DNA of 64,000 nucleotides, from positions 288,001-352,000 of the forward strand of contig OZ244653.1 in NCBI GenBank assembly GCA_965218795.1, written 5' to 3'. The position numbers and the translations under genes were made by a program. The notes beneath the pieces are model-generated. The model did not search any database and was not told the origin of the DNA. It saw only the letters and a program-made list of their open reading frames with translations. Below, piece by piece: positions 8,982 to 18,803 of this stretch (positions within the stretch are counted from its first letter, which is position 1; each line of letters begins with the position of its first letter). The stretch is from a bacterium. Its GTDB lineage: Bacteria; UBA8248; JACPRG01; G963555815.

Positions 8982-10244
8982 ATGCGCCCTTCACTCACCA
9001 CTCTCGCGATCATCCTGAGCGCGATGCTCGCGGCGCATGCCGCCCGCGGCGCTCACCATGAAAAATCCGCTGCTCCTCCCGCCGGGAAACCCGGCTCGAC
9101 CCCTCCAAGCCGTACGGGACCGGCGGAGATTGAGGGGCGGGTAAGGAACGGGACCCGCAGCGGACCCGGTCCCGAAGGTCTTGCAGTACGGCTGATTCAT
9201 CTTGGGGAGGAGGGTGTCCGCCCCCTGGGGGTCACAAAAACCGACGCCGGCGGACGATTCCGATTTTCCAATGTGAAGGTTCCGAAAACGGGCGGGGGCC
9301 ACATCCTGGCCGTCACCCAGTATCAGGGGGTTCCCTATTTCGGGATGGCCCGCGCGGGGGGCAAGAGCAATCCGCTGCTCATTTATGAGGTGGGGGCGGA
9401 TCCGTCCAAAGTGGTTGTCGACAGCCATCAGATTCTCGTCAGGGTGGAAGAGGGGAGGCTGGTGTTCCGCGAAGCCCTCCGAATCGCCAATTCCGGAAAT
9501 ACGACATATGTTCCGAATTCGGGGGGAACGCTTGCGTTCGATCTTCCGAAGGGAGCGGAATTGCTCCAGTCCCCCGAAGGCTTGAATCCGAACTCGGTCA
9601 AGATGACGCTCGGAAAAGTGGTGTCCAGCGAGCCGCTCCCCCCGGGAGCCAAGCAGATCAATCTCATCTACGCCGTCCGCGAGCCGCCCGCCCAGCTTCC
9701 AATGGAAAAGCGGATTCAGTTCCCCACCAAGCGGTTCGAGGTCCTGACCACGGAGTTTGGGATGCGTCAGCCGCTTTCTTCCGATTTGGACTATGACGGG
9801 GTCTTTGGCGAAGACATCGGAGACCGTTTTCATGTCGCCTCAAAGGGGGGTCTGCCTCCCGGAAAACTGATCCGGCTTACGATCAGCCGGGACGTTCAGA
9901 GTTCCTCCGTCGAGACCGCCTTCCTCGCGATTGCCGCTGTGGTTATCGTGGGCCTGTCCCTTCCCTTCTTGATCCGTCGTCGGAGGCTGGCGGGGGCGAA
10001 ACCCGTAAAGGCCGGGCCGAAAGGCGGGTCCGGATCGGCGAAGCCCGCTCCGTCGCCTCCGAAGCTCCGGCCGGAAGAAGATCGGGAGGCCCTGCTCAAG
10101 GAGCGGAGCGAGCTTGTTCGGTCGATCGCTGCGCTCGATGATGAGCTGGAGGCGGGGAAGATTCAGGAATCAGAACATGAGCGGAAGCGGTCCGCTCTAA
10201 AGCTTCGTGCGGTTGAGTTGACGCGAAAGATCGGCAGCCCATGA
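8982..10244 (+). CDS. Exported beta-sandwich (carboxypeptidase-regulatory-like) protein with C-terminal TM and CcmI-like tail
   Basis: Signal peptide, IEGRVRNGT...TDAGGRFRF, TM AFLAIAAVVIVGLSLPFLI, then LDDELEAGKIQESEH. Confidence 0.7.
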   Translation: MRPSLTTLAIILSAMLAAHAARGAHHEKSAAPPAGKPGSTPPSRTGPAEIEGRVRNGTRSGPGPEGLAVRLIHLGEEGVRPLGVTKTDAGGRFRFSNVKVPKTGGGHILAVTQYQGVPYFGMARAGGKSNPLLIYEVGADPSKVVVDSHQILVRVEEGRLVFREALRIANSGNTTYVPNSGGTLAFDLPKGAELLQSPEGLNPNSVKMTLGKVVSSEPLPPGAKQINLIYAVREPPAQLPMEKRIQFPTKRFEVLTTEFGMRQPLSSDLDYDGVFGEDIGDRFHVASKGGLPPGKLIRLTISRDVQSSSVETAFLAIAAVVIVGLSLPFLIRRRRLAGAKPVKAGPKGGSGSAKPAPSPPKLRPEEDREALLKERSELVRSIAALDDELEAGKIQESEHERKRSALKLRAVELTRKIGSP

Positions 10245-11056
10245 GTGAATCATCGCTCCCCCCTTCATCCCCCCGCCCTTCTGCGTCCGACGGTGAGGGG
10301 GATGCGCAATACAGGGGGCCGGAGAGGACCCCGCCGGAAAGCCCCCGGCTCGCGGCTGCGGGACTGACGAAACAGTTCGGTCCAATCATTGCTGTGGAGG
10401 ATGTGGACCTTTCCCTTCCGGCGGGCTGTTGCCTTTCGGTCTTCGGACCCAACGGCGCGGGAAAGACGACACTGCTGAAAATGCTCGCCCTCCTGGTTCG
10501 GCCGACCGCGGGGACGATCTGGGTGGAGGGAAAACCCGCCCGCCGGGGGTCGGACAATCCTCACCTCCGCACCCGAATGGGGTTCCTGACGCACCAGCCC
10601 CTGCTTTACGGTCACCTGAGCCCGCTCGAAAATCTGCGTTTTTACGGAAACCTTTATGGGGTCTCGGATTTGCGCGCCCGGGCCGAGCAGATTCTCGACG
10701 ACGTAGGACTGATGCACCGCGCCGGGGATCCCGTTCGGGGGTTTTCGCGAGGGATGCTACAGCGGGTCGCCATCGCCCGCGCCTTGCTGCATCAGCCCGA
10801 CATCCTGTTCCTGGACGAGCCCTTCACCGGATTGGACCGATCCAGCGGTCGGACCTTGGAGGAGACCTTGGGCCGCCTGCGGGCGGAAGGACGCTCCCTG
10901 GTCTTGACAACGCACGATTTCAACCGGGGTCTGGCGGTGTGCGACGAATGGGTGATTCTTCACCGGGGAAGGGTCCGGCATAGCGCCCGCCGGGATCAGA
11001 CGGATACGGACGACCTCCCGGCCCTTTACGAATCGGTGACGGAGGGAGGCTCGTGA
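10241..11056 (+). CDS. ccmA: Heme exporter ATP-binding protein CcmA
   Basis: GPNGAGKTT, FSRGMLQR, LFLDEPFTGLD, ccm operon context. Confidence 0.9.
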   Translation: MSESSLPPSSPRPSASDGEGDAQYRGPERTPPESPRLAAAGLTKQFGPIIAVEDVDLSLPAGCCLSVFGPNGAGKTTLLKMLALLVRPTAGTIWVEGKPARRGSDNPHLRTRMGFLTHQPLLYGHLSPLENLRFYGNLYGVSDLRARAEQILDDVGLMHRAGDPVRGFSRGMLQRVAIARALLHQPDILFLDEPFTGLDRSSGRTLEETLGRLRAEGRSLVLTTHDFNRGLAVCDEWVILHRGRVRHSARRDQTDTDDLPALYESVTEGGS

Positions 11057-11769
11057 GCGAGCCCGGAGATCATCCGCGCGCAGGCGGCGTTCGCGCCTAT
11101 CTCGTGCAGGCAGGCGCCGTTTTCTGGAAGGACATTCTCTCCGAGTATCGGTCCCGCGAAGTCGTCATCACGATGGTGGCGTTTGCCCTGTTGGTCATCG
11201 TAATCTTCAATTTCGCCTTCGAGGTGGGTGAGCGGTGGAAGGCGTCGGTGGGTTCGGGAATCTTGTGGACGGCCATTCTGTTTTCCTCCGTCCTGGGGAT
11301 GAACCGGACGTTCGCCATGGAAAAGGAGGGCGAGTGTATCCAGGGAATCCTGCTGTCGCCGGCCGACAGGAGTGCCGTCTTCCTCGGCAAGATGGCCGGG
11401 GTTCTGGTTTTCCTGTTGATCGTCGAGGCGGTCAGCCTGCCGGTGTTCGCCGTCTTGTACGACTTCCCGCTGGACGGGATGTTTCTCGGGTTGGGACCGA
11501 CCCTGCTGCTGGCCTCGCTGGGCCTTGCTTCGGTTGGAACCCTTTTTGCGGCGGTGGCCGTGAACACGAAAGCCCGTGAGGTCATGCTTCCCATCCTCTT
11601 GTTCCCCGTGGCGATTCCGGTCATCATCGGGGCGACGGGGGCGACGACAGGGATCCTGGGCGGGGAAGGGCATGCCGAACAGGCGGTCTGGTACCGGTTG
11701 TTGGGTGTGTACGACATGATCTTTCTGGTAATATCCATTTGGGTTGTGGATTACGTTTTAGAGGAATGA
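11053..11769 (+). CDS. ccmB: Heme exporter permease CcmB
   Basis: KDILSEYRSRE, GILW, REVMLPILLFPVAIPVII. Confidence 0.92.
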   Translation: MSEPGDHPRAGGVRAYLVQAGAVFWKDILSEYRSREVVITMVAFALLVIVIFNFAFEVGERWKASVGSGILWTAILFSSVLGMNRTFAMEKEGECIQGILLSPADRSAVFLGKMAGVLVFLLIVEAVSLPVFAVLYDFPLDGMFLGLGPTLLLASLGLASVGTLFAAVAVNTKAREVMLPILLFPVAIPVIIGATGATTGILGGEGHAEQAVWYRLLGVYDMIFLVISIWVVDYVLEE

Positions 11770-12536
11770 TTGTGTCTTTTGCCAAAGTCAGGGAATCGAA
11801 GAGCCTGGAGGTTCCACTGAAGGATCAGTGGCTGAGCTTTGGGTCCGCGTCCTTCGACGCCTTGAGCATCGCCGGATCGCTGGTCTTGGTGATTGTCGCC
11901 CTGGCCTTCGACCTGTTGATCGCTCCGAACGAGGTTCAGCAGGGCCCGGTTCAGCGGGTTTTCTACATTCACGTTCCTTCCGCCTGGCTCGCGTTTCTGG
12001 CCTTCGGCCTCGTGGCCCTGTTCAGCGTGATCTATCTCGTCACCCGTGGCCGGAAATGGGATGTCTATGCCTGCGGGTGCGCGGAGGTCGGATTCTTGTT
12101 CTGCTCGATCGTCCTGATCACCGGGCCTATCTGGGCAAAGCCGATCTGGGGTGTCTGGTGGTCCTGGGACGCCAGGCTGACGCTCACCCTGATTCTATGG
12201 TTCATCTATTTGGCCTATCTCATGATTCGGGCGCAGGATCTCGAGCCGGAGAAGAAGGCCCGATACTCGGCCGTGCTCGGGATCGTGGGAGCCCTTTCCA
12301 TCCCGATCAACCATTTTTCCGTCGAGTTATGGCGCACGATCCATCCCAAGCCGGTTGTGCTCACCCCTGAAGGTGTCGGGAAAGGGCTGTCGCACCCGAT
12401 GTTCTTGATCGCGTTGGGCCTGACGTTCCTGGCTTTCCTCGTCACGTTCGCGGCTCTGTTACGTCAACGGATCACATTGGAAGCGATCCGGGATCATAGC
12501 CAACAACTGTTGCACCAATTGGAAGACCGGAGGTAA
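11766..12536 (+). CDS. ccmC: Heme exporter / cytochrome c assembly protein CcmC
   Basis: FYIHVPSAW, TGPIWAKPIWGVWWSWDARLT, WRTIHP. Confidence 0.95.
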   Translation: MIVSFAKVRESKSLEVPLKDQWLSFGSASFDALSIAGSLVLVIVALAFDLLIAPNEVQQGPVQRVFYIHVPSAWLAFLAFGLVALFSVIYLVTRGRKWDVYACGCAEVGFLFCSIVLITGPIWAKPIWGVWWSWDARLTLTLILWFIYLAYLMIRAQDLEPEKKARYSAVLGIVGALSIPINHFSVELWRTIHPKPVVLTPEGVGKGLSHPMFLIALGLTFLAFLVTFAALLRQRITLEAIRDHSQQLLHQLEDRR

Positions 12537-12544
12537 GCACCAAA

Positions 12545-12688
12545 ATGAGTTATCTGTTTGCGGCGTATTCAATCGTCTGGATCATTCTGTGCGGGTATGT
12601 ATTTCGGCTGGCCAGAATGAACCGTACGCTGCAGAAGGATGTGACCCGTTTGCAGGAGCGGCTGGCCGCGCGGGACGGCGAGGAATGA
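12545..12688 (+). CDS. ccmD: CcmD family small membrane protein (47 aa)
   Basis: Not in ORF track. MSYLFAAYSIVWIILCGYVFRLARMNRTLQKDVTRLQERLAARDGEE. Directly follows ccmC and has an ATGA overlap with ccmH. Confidence 0.85.
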   Translation: MSYLFAAYSIVWIILCGYVFRLARMNRTLQKDVTRLQERLAARDGEE

Positions 12689-13203
12689 ATTGCAAATTCG
12701 GCCTCCGTATGAGACGGATGTGTCGGAATCGGGCCGCCACGGCGGCCTTGGGTCTGTTGATCGCAATCCCGGCCGCGGCGCCGGCTTGGGGAGTGGAGCC
12801 GTCCCCGAACCCGGTGGACGTCGCCAAATCCATTATGAGTCCGGTCTGTCCGGGACGCCTGATCGCCGATTGTCCCAGTCCTGAAGCCGAGCAGCTGCGT
12901 GAAGTCATCCGCCGAAAAGTGGGTGAAGGCGAATCCAAGCAGCAAATCATCGATTATTTCGTTGAGGTGTACGGCCCCGAGGTCCTCCCTACTCCGCCCC
13001 AGAGGGGGTTCTATCTGACCGCCTGGTATCTGCCGATGGCCCTGATCATTTGCGGGGGAGGGATTGTCTTCCTGCTCATTCGGATCTGGTCCAGGAACGG
13101 TGCGGGCGGGGACGCGGAGGAGGCGCTTCCCGGTGATCCGAAGGCACCGGACTACCAGAAATACGCCCGCATCCTGGACAAAGAATTGAAGGATTATGAT
13201 TGA
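12685..13203 (+). CDS. ccmH: CcmH/CycL family protein
   Basis: IMSPVCPGRLIADCPSPEAEQLR, IIDYFVEVYGPEVLPTPP, C-terminal TM. Confidence 0.85.
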   Translation: MNCKFGLRMRRMCRNRAATAALGLLIAIPAAAPAWGVEPSPNPVDVAKSIMSPVCPGRLIADCPSPEAEQLREVIRRKVGEGESKQQIIDYFVEVYGPEVLPTPPQRGFYLTAWYLPMALIICGGGIVFLLIRIWSRNGAGGDAEEALPGDPKAPDYQKYARILDKELKDYD

Positions 13204-13242
13204 TGGGGGATGCCGGCCCAGCGAGACTTCATTCCAATGGAC

Positions 13243-13285
13243 AAAAAAAGGGCGCGGTCCTCAGAACCGTGCCCTTTTCGTTTTT
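13243..13285. terminator. Bidirectional intrinsic terminator between convergent ccmH and coxG
   Basis: A-run, GGGCGCGGT, loop, ACCGTGCCC, TTTT. Confidence 0.75.
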
Positions 13286-13308
13286 GCCGCCCGGACTCGT
13301 CGGTGAGA

Positions 13309-13755
13309 TCAGCCGACGAGCTGGCTCTTCAGGTTGTCCCCGAACTCCACCCACATTTTATCCGCCTTGCCTTTGATGATGCTGTGGCCGAACGTCCCGA
13401 GCTTCCCGAAGACGTTGACGTCCGTGGTGGCGCTGAGCTCCGTCTGTTTCTCCCCGATCTCCTTGAGATTGAGCACCGTCACCGTCTTGAGGCTGCTCGT
13501 CATCCCGGCCTCGTCGCCCGATCCTTCGGATCGCATATATGTCGGTTCATTCTTCTCGACGATTCCCAGCTTGACCTTGAAGCGCGCCTTGATGAACCCG
13601 ACTTTGGCCATGAGATCCACGATGTAGTTGTCTTCGTCGACCTTTTCCACATTCTCGACACCAGGCACGCAGGCGGCCACCTTGGAGGCGTCCAGGAGGA
13701 AGTCCCAGGTTTCCTGAATCGGGGCATCGATCATGATGGTATTCGAAATTTGCAT
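13309..13755 (-). CDS. CoxG/SRPBCC family protein
   Basis: IDAPIQETWDFLLD...VAACVPGVE...GKLGTFG. GGAG RBS before ATG 13755. Confidence 0.88.
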   Translation of the reverse strand: MQISNTIMIDAPIQETWDFLLDASKVAACVPGVENVEKVDEDNYIVDLMAKVGFIKARFKVKLGIVEKNEPTYMRSEGSGDEAGMTSSLKTVTVLNLKEIGEKQTELSATTDVNVFGKLGTFGHSIIKGKADKMWVEFGDNLKSQLVG

Positions 13756-14272
13756 TTTGGCGACTCCTGCTAAGGGCTTATCCGCCGGCTGGTTGAGCGT
13801 TACCCGTGGGCCGGGATTCGCACCGGCGGCGGGGTGAGGTTTTCGGGCACTCCAGGTTGTTAGGGGATTGGACCATTTACGCACCATCCCGCTAAGCAGG
13901 ACTGGCGCGACCTCATCCTTATCGGACGTAAAATAAGAATAGTTCAGGCGCGCGAATCTGTCAATGGGGAGGCATTGCGCCTCTGCGGTTTCGCGGCGCC
14001 CATCGGACACAGCAGCCCGGCTGCAAAAAAGTCAGACTCATCCGGCGTCGGCGCCCGGAATGTCCTCCCAGAACCCGGCACCCGAAAACAGGGGACGATC
14101 CAGGAGCGGGGAGCCGGAACTTTCTTCAACGGACTTGCTGAGCCTGTGGGAGAAGGTTAAATTACTGGGCGGGTATTCGGGGCCTCTCTTCCGGGAGGAG
14201 GGTCAGACACTTCGACACCCGAGAGATCTTGCCGGGTGGGGACATGATTCGCGTTTCTGGAGGACACTCGAG

Positions 14273-14599
14273 ATGTCGGAAAACATGATGACTTTCACGG
14301 ATGACGAGTTCGACGCCCAGGTTGTGAATTCCGACATCCTCACCATGGTCGATTTCTGGGCCGATTGGTGCGCGCCCTGCAAAATGATTGCCCCCGCGGT
14401 CGAGGCCCTCGCGGATGAAAACGCCGGACGGCTGAAAGTCGGCAAACTGAATGTCGATGAACAGCCTAAAACCGCATCTCGATTCGGCATCCGAGGCATT
14501 CCCACGTTGCTTCTGTTCAAGGGCGGGGAAGTGGTCGAGCAGATTGTCGGCGTGCGGTCCAAGAAAGACATTCAAAAGATGATCGACAAGAATATTTAA
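14273..14599 (+). CDS. trxA: Thioredoxin
   Basis: VDFWADWCAPCKMIAP, GIRGIPTLLLFKGG. GGAGG RBS. Confidence 0.96.
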   Translation: MSENMMTFTDDEFDAQVVNSDILTMVDFWADWCAPCKMIAPAVEALADENAGRLKVGKLNVDEQPKTASRFGIRGIPTLLLFKGGEVVEQIVGVRSKKDIQKMIDKNI

Positions 14600-14821
14600 T
14601 CCGGCCGGTCCCGGGCCGGCGATCGGTCGAAGTCCTTTCATGATCGGGATCAGGCCGAAGGCTTTGACGAAGCGCTTTTCGCTTGGGAAACGGTTAGCGT
14701 CCTTTTGCACAAGTCCAGTCGCAATATCGCCGATACATCGATCAAGTGGCGGCTTGATGACCGCATCGTCAATCCGCGTGAATGAGGGGCGTCTGGACTC
14801 TTGAAAAAAATTCCGAAAATA

Positions 14822-15053
14822 TTGGCCGTCGAGGATTTGCGAAGAGCTTTACCCCTTCTTCACGACGAAGGGGACCAGAAGCGCGGGGCGCGGGCTGAGG
14901 ACCGTATATCACGCTATGGAAAATTTCGGCGGGCGCGTTGACGGCTTGAGTGAACTGGACAAAGGGGCCGGGTTCATTCTGACTTTCCCGGTCTTCCAGC
15001 CAGAAGAACAAGCGGTCCCGGAAGAACCGGCACCCATCCACCATGCCGCCTGA
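14822..15053 (+). pseudogene. Remnant of a histidine kinase HATPase_c C-terminus
   Basis: Not in ORF track. From 14841: EELYPFFTTKGTRSAGRGLRTVYHAMENFGGRVDGLSELDKGAGFILTFP. The upstream part (EDLRRA) is in another frame and there is no N-terminus. Confidence 0.7.
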
Positions 15054-15879
15054 AAACGCCGGACCGGCTCTGCCCGACGGTCTACGGGTTCTCTCCTTCA
15101 CGAGCCCCTCGGATAGCCTCTCCCGGAGCGTCAACGCCTACTTGATCGAAGGGGATTCCCCCCTCCTTATCGACAGCGGTTTCGAGCATGCGGAACTGAA
15201 TATCTCGGGTCTGTTGCGCGATGAGGCGCTCCGGGACGGCCGCCTCCTCCTGACGCACCTTCATCGTGACCACGCGGGCGGTGTCCTTGCGGCTTCGGCA
15301 TGCGGCTTCGCGGTTGAGTTTCATCCATTGGAAATCGATCTGTATGGAGACCGGGTGGCCGGTCTGGGCCCGGTGCGGCATCTGGAAGACGGCGAGACGC
15401 TGAATTTGCCGTTCGGCCGCTTGACCGCCCTCCATACGCCGGGGCATTCGCCGGGCCATCTGTGCTTCCATTGGGAGGAAGAGGGGATCCTCTTCTCCGG
15501 CGACCTGATCACCGGAGAGCCTTCGAGTTGGGTGGGTCCGCCGGACGGGAACATGACCGAATACCTGGATTCGCTCCGCAGGGTAGCGCGTCTGCCGGTC
15601 CGGTTGATCCTCTCCGGGCACGGGAAGCCCGTGGAAAAACATCCCGAGGCGATCCAGGCTTACATTCAGCGGAGGCTCGATCGGGAGGCCGAAGTCCTCG
15701 GTTTCCTCGGGGGCGGTCCGCTCGGCATCCCCGATTTGACCCAGCGCCTCTATCGCAGCCGTGGGCTGTCGCCACGGATGATGGGATTCGCCGAGAAAAC
15801 GGTCGAAGCCCATCTCATCAAGCTGATCGGTGAGGGCCGGGCGCGCCGGTCCGGCGAGGGGCTGTACTCACTCCCCTGA
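15043..15879 (+). CDS. Metallo-beta-lactamase fold hydrolase with C-terminal winged helix
   Basis: THLHRDHAGG, HTPGHSPGH, LFSGD, SGHG. Confidence 0.9.
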   Translation: MPPENAGPALPDGLRVLSFTSPSDSLSRSVNAYLIEGDSPLLIDSGFEHAELNISGLLRDEALRDGRLLLTHLHRDHAGGVLAASACGFAVEFHPLEIDLYGDRVAGLGPVRHLEDGETLNLPFGRLTALHTPGHSPGHLCFHWEEEGILFSGDLITGEPSSWVGPPDGNMTEYLDSLRRVARLPVRLILSGHGKPVEKHPEAIQAYIQRRLDREAEVLGFLGGGPLGIPDLTQRLYRSRGLSPRMMGFAEKTVEAHLIKLIGEGRARRSGEGLYSLP

Positions 15880-16563
15880 CGCTTCCGAGCGGTTGCCGGG
15901 AACGACGGTCATCAGAAGTTGATGAGGGGTTTGAAACCCGTAATCGGCGTGGACCCCGTCGAATAGTGATTCGTCGCGAACGCCCCAGAGTGCGATTCCT
16001 GTTTTGGTTCCCGCTATTCGTCCCGCCTCGATGTCCTTGGGAGAATCCCCGACAACCAGGCCCCGCTCCGGAGGGATACCGGCCGCTTCCAGCGCCCTGA
16101 AGACTCCTTCCGGGTGCGGCTTGGGACGCCTCACGTCATCGCCGGTGATCGGGTAATCGATCCACTTTCCGAGATCCAACACTTCAAAAGTCCATCTCGT
16201 CCCGCGCCGCCCCATTCCGGTGAACAGGCAGAGCCTGGTCCCGGCCTTCTTCAAACGGTCGAGGGTCTCCGCAACCCCCGGGAAGAGACTGAGGGAACCG
16301 GAAGCCTCATCATAATGCCTGAAGAAGAACTCCTCGGCCTCGGGGAAGCATGCCGCAGGCAGGTACCGGCGGAGCATCTTCTCTTCCGGAGGTCCCATTG
16401 CGTTGAATAACTCATCGCGCGTCACCTCGATTCGAGAAAAGCGCCCGACCGTGTTCACGAAGGCTTGGAAGATGACGTCCATTGTGTCCGTCAGCGTACC
16501 GTCCTGATCGAAGATCACGGCGTCGAATTTTCTCTGGGAGTGGTTCATCACCGTTTCAGTCAT
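15868..16563 (-). CDS. HAD-superfamily phosphatase (Gph/PpaX-like)
   Basis: FDQDGTLTDT, KPHPEG, VGDSPKDIEAG. Confidence 0.92.
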   Translation of the reverse strand: MTETVMNHSQRKFDAVIFDQDGTLTDTMDVIFQAFVNTVGRFSRIEVTRDELFNAMGPPEEKMLRRYLPAACFPEAEEFFFRHYDEASGSLSLFPGVAETLDRLKKAGTRLCLFTGMGRRGTRWTFEVLDLGKWIDYPITGDDVRRPKPHPEGVFRALEAAGIPPERGLVVGDSPKDIEAGRIAGTKTGIALWGVRDESLFDGVHADYGFQTPHQLLMTVVPGNRSEASGE

Positions 16564-16765
16564 GGTTTTTTGGATTGAGAATCATGGACTCCTGTGCGGG
16601 GAACGGGTCATTTTCGGCTCGGTCCCCGTGTGCTATATAGTCCCCGGAACGGGAAGCGGGATCGGCCCCTCGACGAATCCGGTGAAAACGGTGGCAATCC
16701 GAGTGGAGTCCGCCAATTTAATGGGGGTCGAGCGAAAAAGGTCATATTGGACGGGGTGAAGCGGA

Positions 16766-17431
16766 GTGGTCAAGGTCAAGATCTGCGGGGTGACCCGGGT
16801 AGAGGACGCCGTTTTCGCCGCCGAGGCGGGAGCGGATGCGATCGGCCTGAATTTTGTCGACGGGTACGCCAGGTGCATCACCCCGGACCTCGCCCGTGAG
16901 ATCACCCGGCACCTTCCGCCTTACCTGACCGTGGTTGGGATTTTCGCCGGCCGAGAGGTCGCCGAAATTCGAGAAACCGTCCGGACGAGCGGGTTGAACG
17001 TCGTTCAGCTTCACGGGGACGAACCGCCCGAGGATTGCCTCGCCCTGGCCGAGGACGAGGATCGGCCCCTGCAGGTCATCAAGGCCTTCCGGGTGCGAGG
17101 CCGGGAGACGCTGGAGCGGATTTCCGACTATCGCCGGAACCGATGGATCACCCCCTTGCTGGATGCCTACCATCCCCAGGAGATCGGTGGGGTAGGAAAG
17201 ACCTTCGAGTGGGAGTTGATCTCGAACTTCGAGGGCCGGGAAAACGAGGCTTGCCTACGACCGTTCATCCTCTCGGGGGGGCTGAACGCAGACAACGTCG
17301 GGCGGGCCGTCCGGACCCTGAAGCCCTACGCGGTGGATGTGTCCAGCGGCGTCGAATCCGAGCTGTGCAAGAAGGATCCCGTGAAGGTCCGCGCCTATAT
17401 CCTGAACGCAAAATCGGCTGACCCGGATTGA
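16766..17431 (+). CDS. trpF: Phosphoribosylanthranilate isomerase
   Basis: VKICGVTR, VQLHGDE, LSGGLNADNV, VDVSSGVE. Confidence 0.95.
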   Translation: MVKVKICGVTRVEDAVFAAEAGADAIGLNFVDGYARCITPDLAREITRHLPPYLTVVGIFAGREVAEIRETVRTSGLNVVQLHGDEPPEDCLALAEDEDRPLQVIKAFRVRGRETLERISDYRRNRWITPLLDAYHPQEIGGVGKTFEWELISNFEGRENEACLRPFILSGGLNADNVGRAVRTLKPYAVDVSSGVESELCKKDPVKVRAYILNAKSADPD

Positions 17432-17446
17432 GGGGAGACGCTTCCG

Positions 17447-18691
17447 TTGCAAGAACCTTCAGCGCCCATATTGACACCAATTGAATCGAGACCCGACCCG
17501 GAGGGACATTTCGGGATGTTCGGCGGCCGGTTCGTCCCTGAGACCCTCATGCCCGCCCTCAAAGAGCTGGAAGAGGCTCATGAGCGGTTTCGGAAGGACG
17601 TCCGGTTCCAGTCCGGGCTGCGCGGGTTGCTCGAGACCTACGCCGGCCGTCCGACGCCCCTGTATGAAGCCGGGAACCTCTCGGAACGGCTCGGCGGGAT
17701 TCGGGTCTTTCTCAAGCGGGAGGACCTTCTCCACACCGGGGCCCACAAGCTGAACAACACCCTGGCCCAGGCCCTCCTGACCAAAAGACTCGGCAAGAAG
17801 CGCGTCATCGCCGAAACGGGCGCGGGCCAGCACGGCGTCGGCACCGCGACGGCGTGCGCGCTTCTGGGTCTGGACTGCCGGGTCTACATGGGGACGGAGG
17901 ACATCGAGCGGCAAAAGCTGAACGTGTACCGGATGCAGCTCATGGGAACGGAGGTGTATCCGGTCGATTCCGGGACGGGCACGTTGAAGGATGCGACCAG
18001 CGAATGCCTGCGCGATTGGACGGCTTCCGTGCGCGACACCCATTACATCCTGGGCTCGGTGGTGGGGCCGCATCCCTTCCCGGCCATGATCCGGGACTTC
18101 CAATCTGTCATCGGCCGGGAGGCGCGGGCGCAAACATTGTCCGCCACGGGCAGGCTTCCCCACGTCCTGGTGGCGTGCGTCGGAGGCGGGAGCAACGCGA
18201 TCGGGCTCTTTCACCCGTTCTATGAGGACGAATCGGTCCGAATGGTCGGGGTGGAGGCCGGAGGTCTGGGACTTGCATCAGGGAAGCACGGGGCGCCCCT
18301 CAACGCCGGAAAGCCCGGCGTGCTGCATGGGAGCAAGAGTTACTTGATCTATGACGCTGACGGTCAGGTCATCCCCACGCATTCGGTTTCAGCGGGTCTG
18401 GATTACCCCGGTGTCGGACCGGAGCACAGCTTCTACCGGGAAACGGGCCGGGCCGAATACGTCTCGGTCACAGACCGGGAGGCCCTGGAGGGATTTGAGC
18501 TGCTGGCGCGCACGGAGGCGATCATTCCCGCGCTGGAAACCGCTCACGCCGTCGCCTATCTGCCCAAGCTGGCCGAGTCGCTTCCGTCCGAGGCGGTTGT
18601 TGTTCTGTGCCTCTCGGGCAGAGGAGACAAAGACATGGACCACGCCATGCGCCTTCGCGATGGAAAGGGCGAGGAAACGGCGTCACACTAA
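17447..18691 (+). CDS. trpB: Tryptophan synthase beta chain
   Basis: [45 protein letters not shown]. Confidence 0.98.
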   Translation: MQEPSAPILTPIESRPDPEGHFGMFGGRFVPETLMPALKELEEAHERFRKDVRFQSGLRGLLETYAGRPTPLYEAGNLSERLGGIRVFLKREDLLHTGAHKLNNTLAQALLTKRLGKKRVIAETGAGQHGVGTATACALLGLDCRVYMGTEDIERQKLNVYRMQLMGTEVYPVDSGTGTLKDATSECLRDWTASVRDTHYILGSVVGPHPFPAMIRDFQSVIGREARAQTLSATGRLPHVLVACVGGGSNAIGLFHPFYEDESVRMVGVEAGGLGLASGKHGAPLNAGKPGVLHGSKSYLIYDADGQVIPTHSVSAGLDYPGVGPEHSFYRETGRAEYVSVTDREALEGFELLARTEAIIPALETAHAVAYLPKLAESLPSEAVVVLCLSGRGDKDMDHAMRLRDGKGEETASH

Positions 18692-18803
18692 GCAGTCGAT
18701 GGAGCCATTCTCCTCGCCCTGAATTTCCAATTGAAACCCACGACCCCTCGACGGGGGTGCGGGCCAACCTGAAAAATTCCTTTCGAAATGAGGAAGAATC
18801 CCG

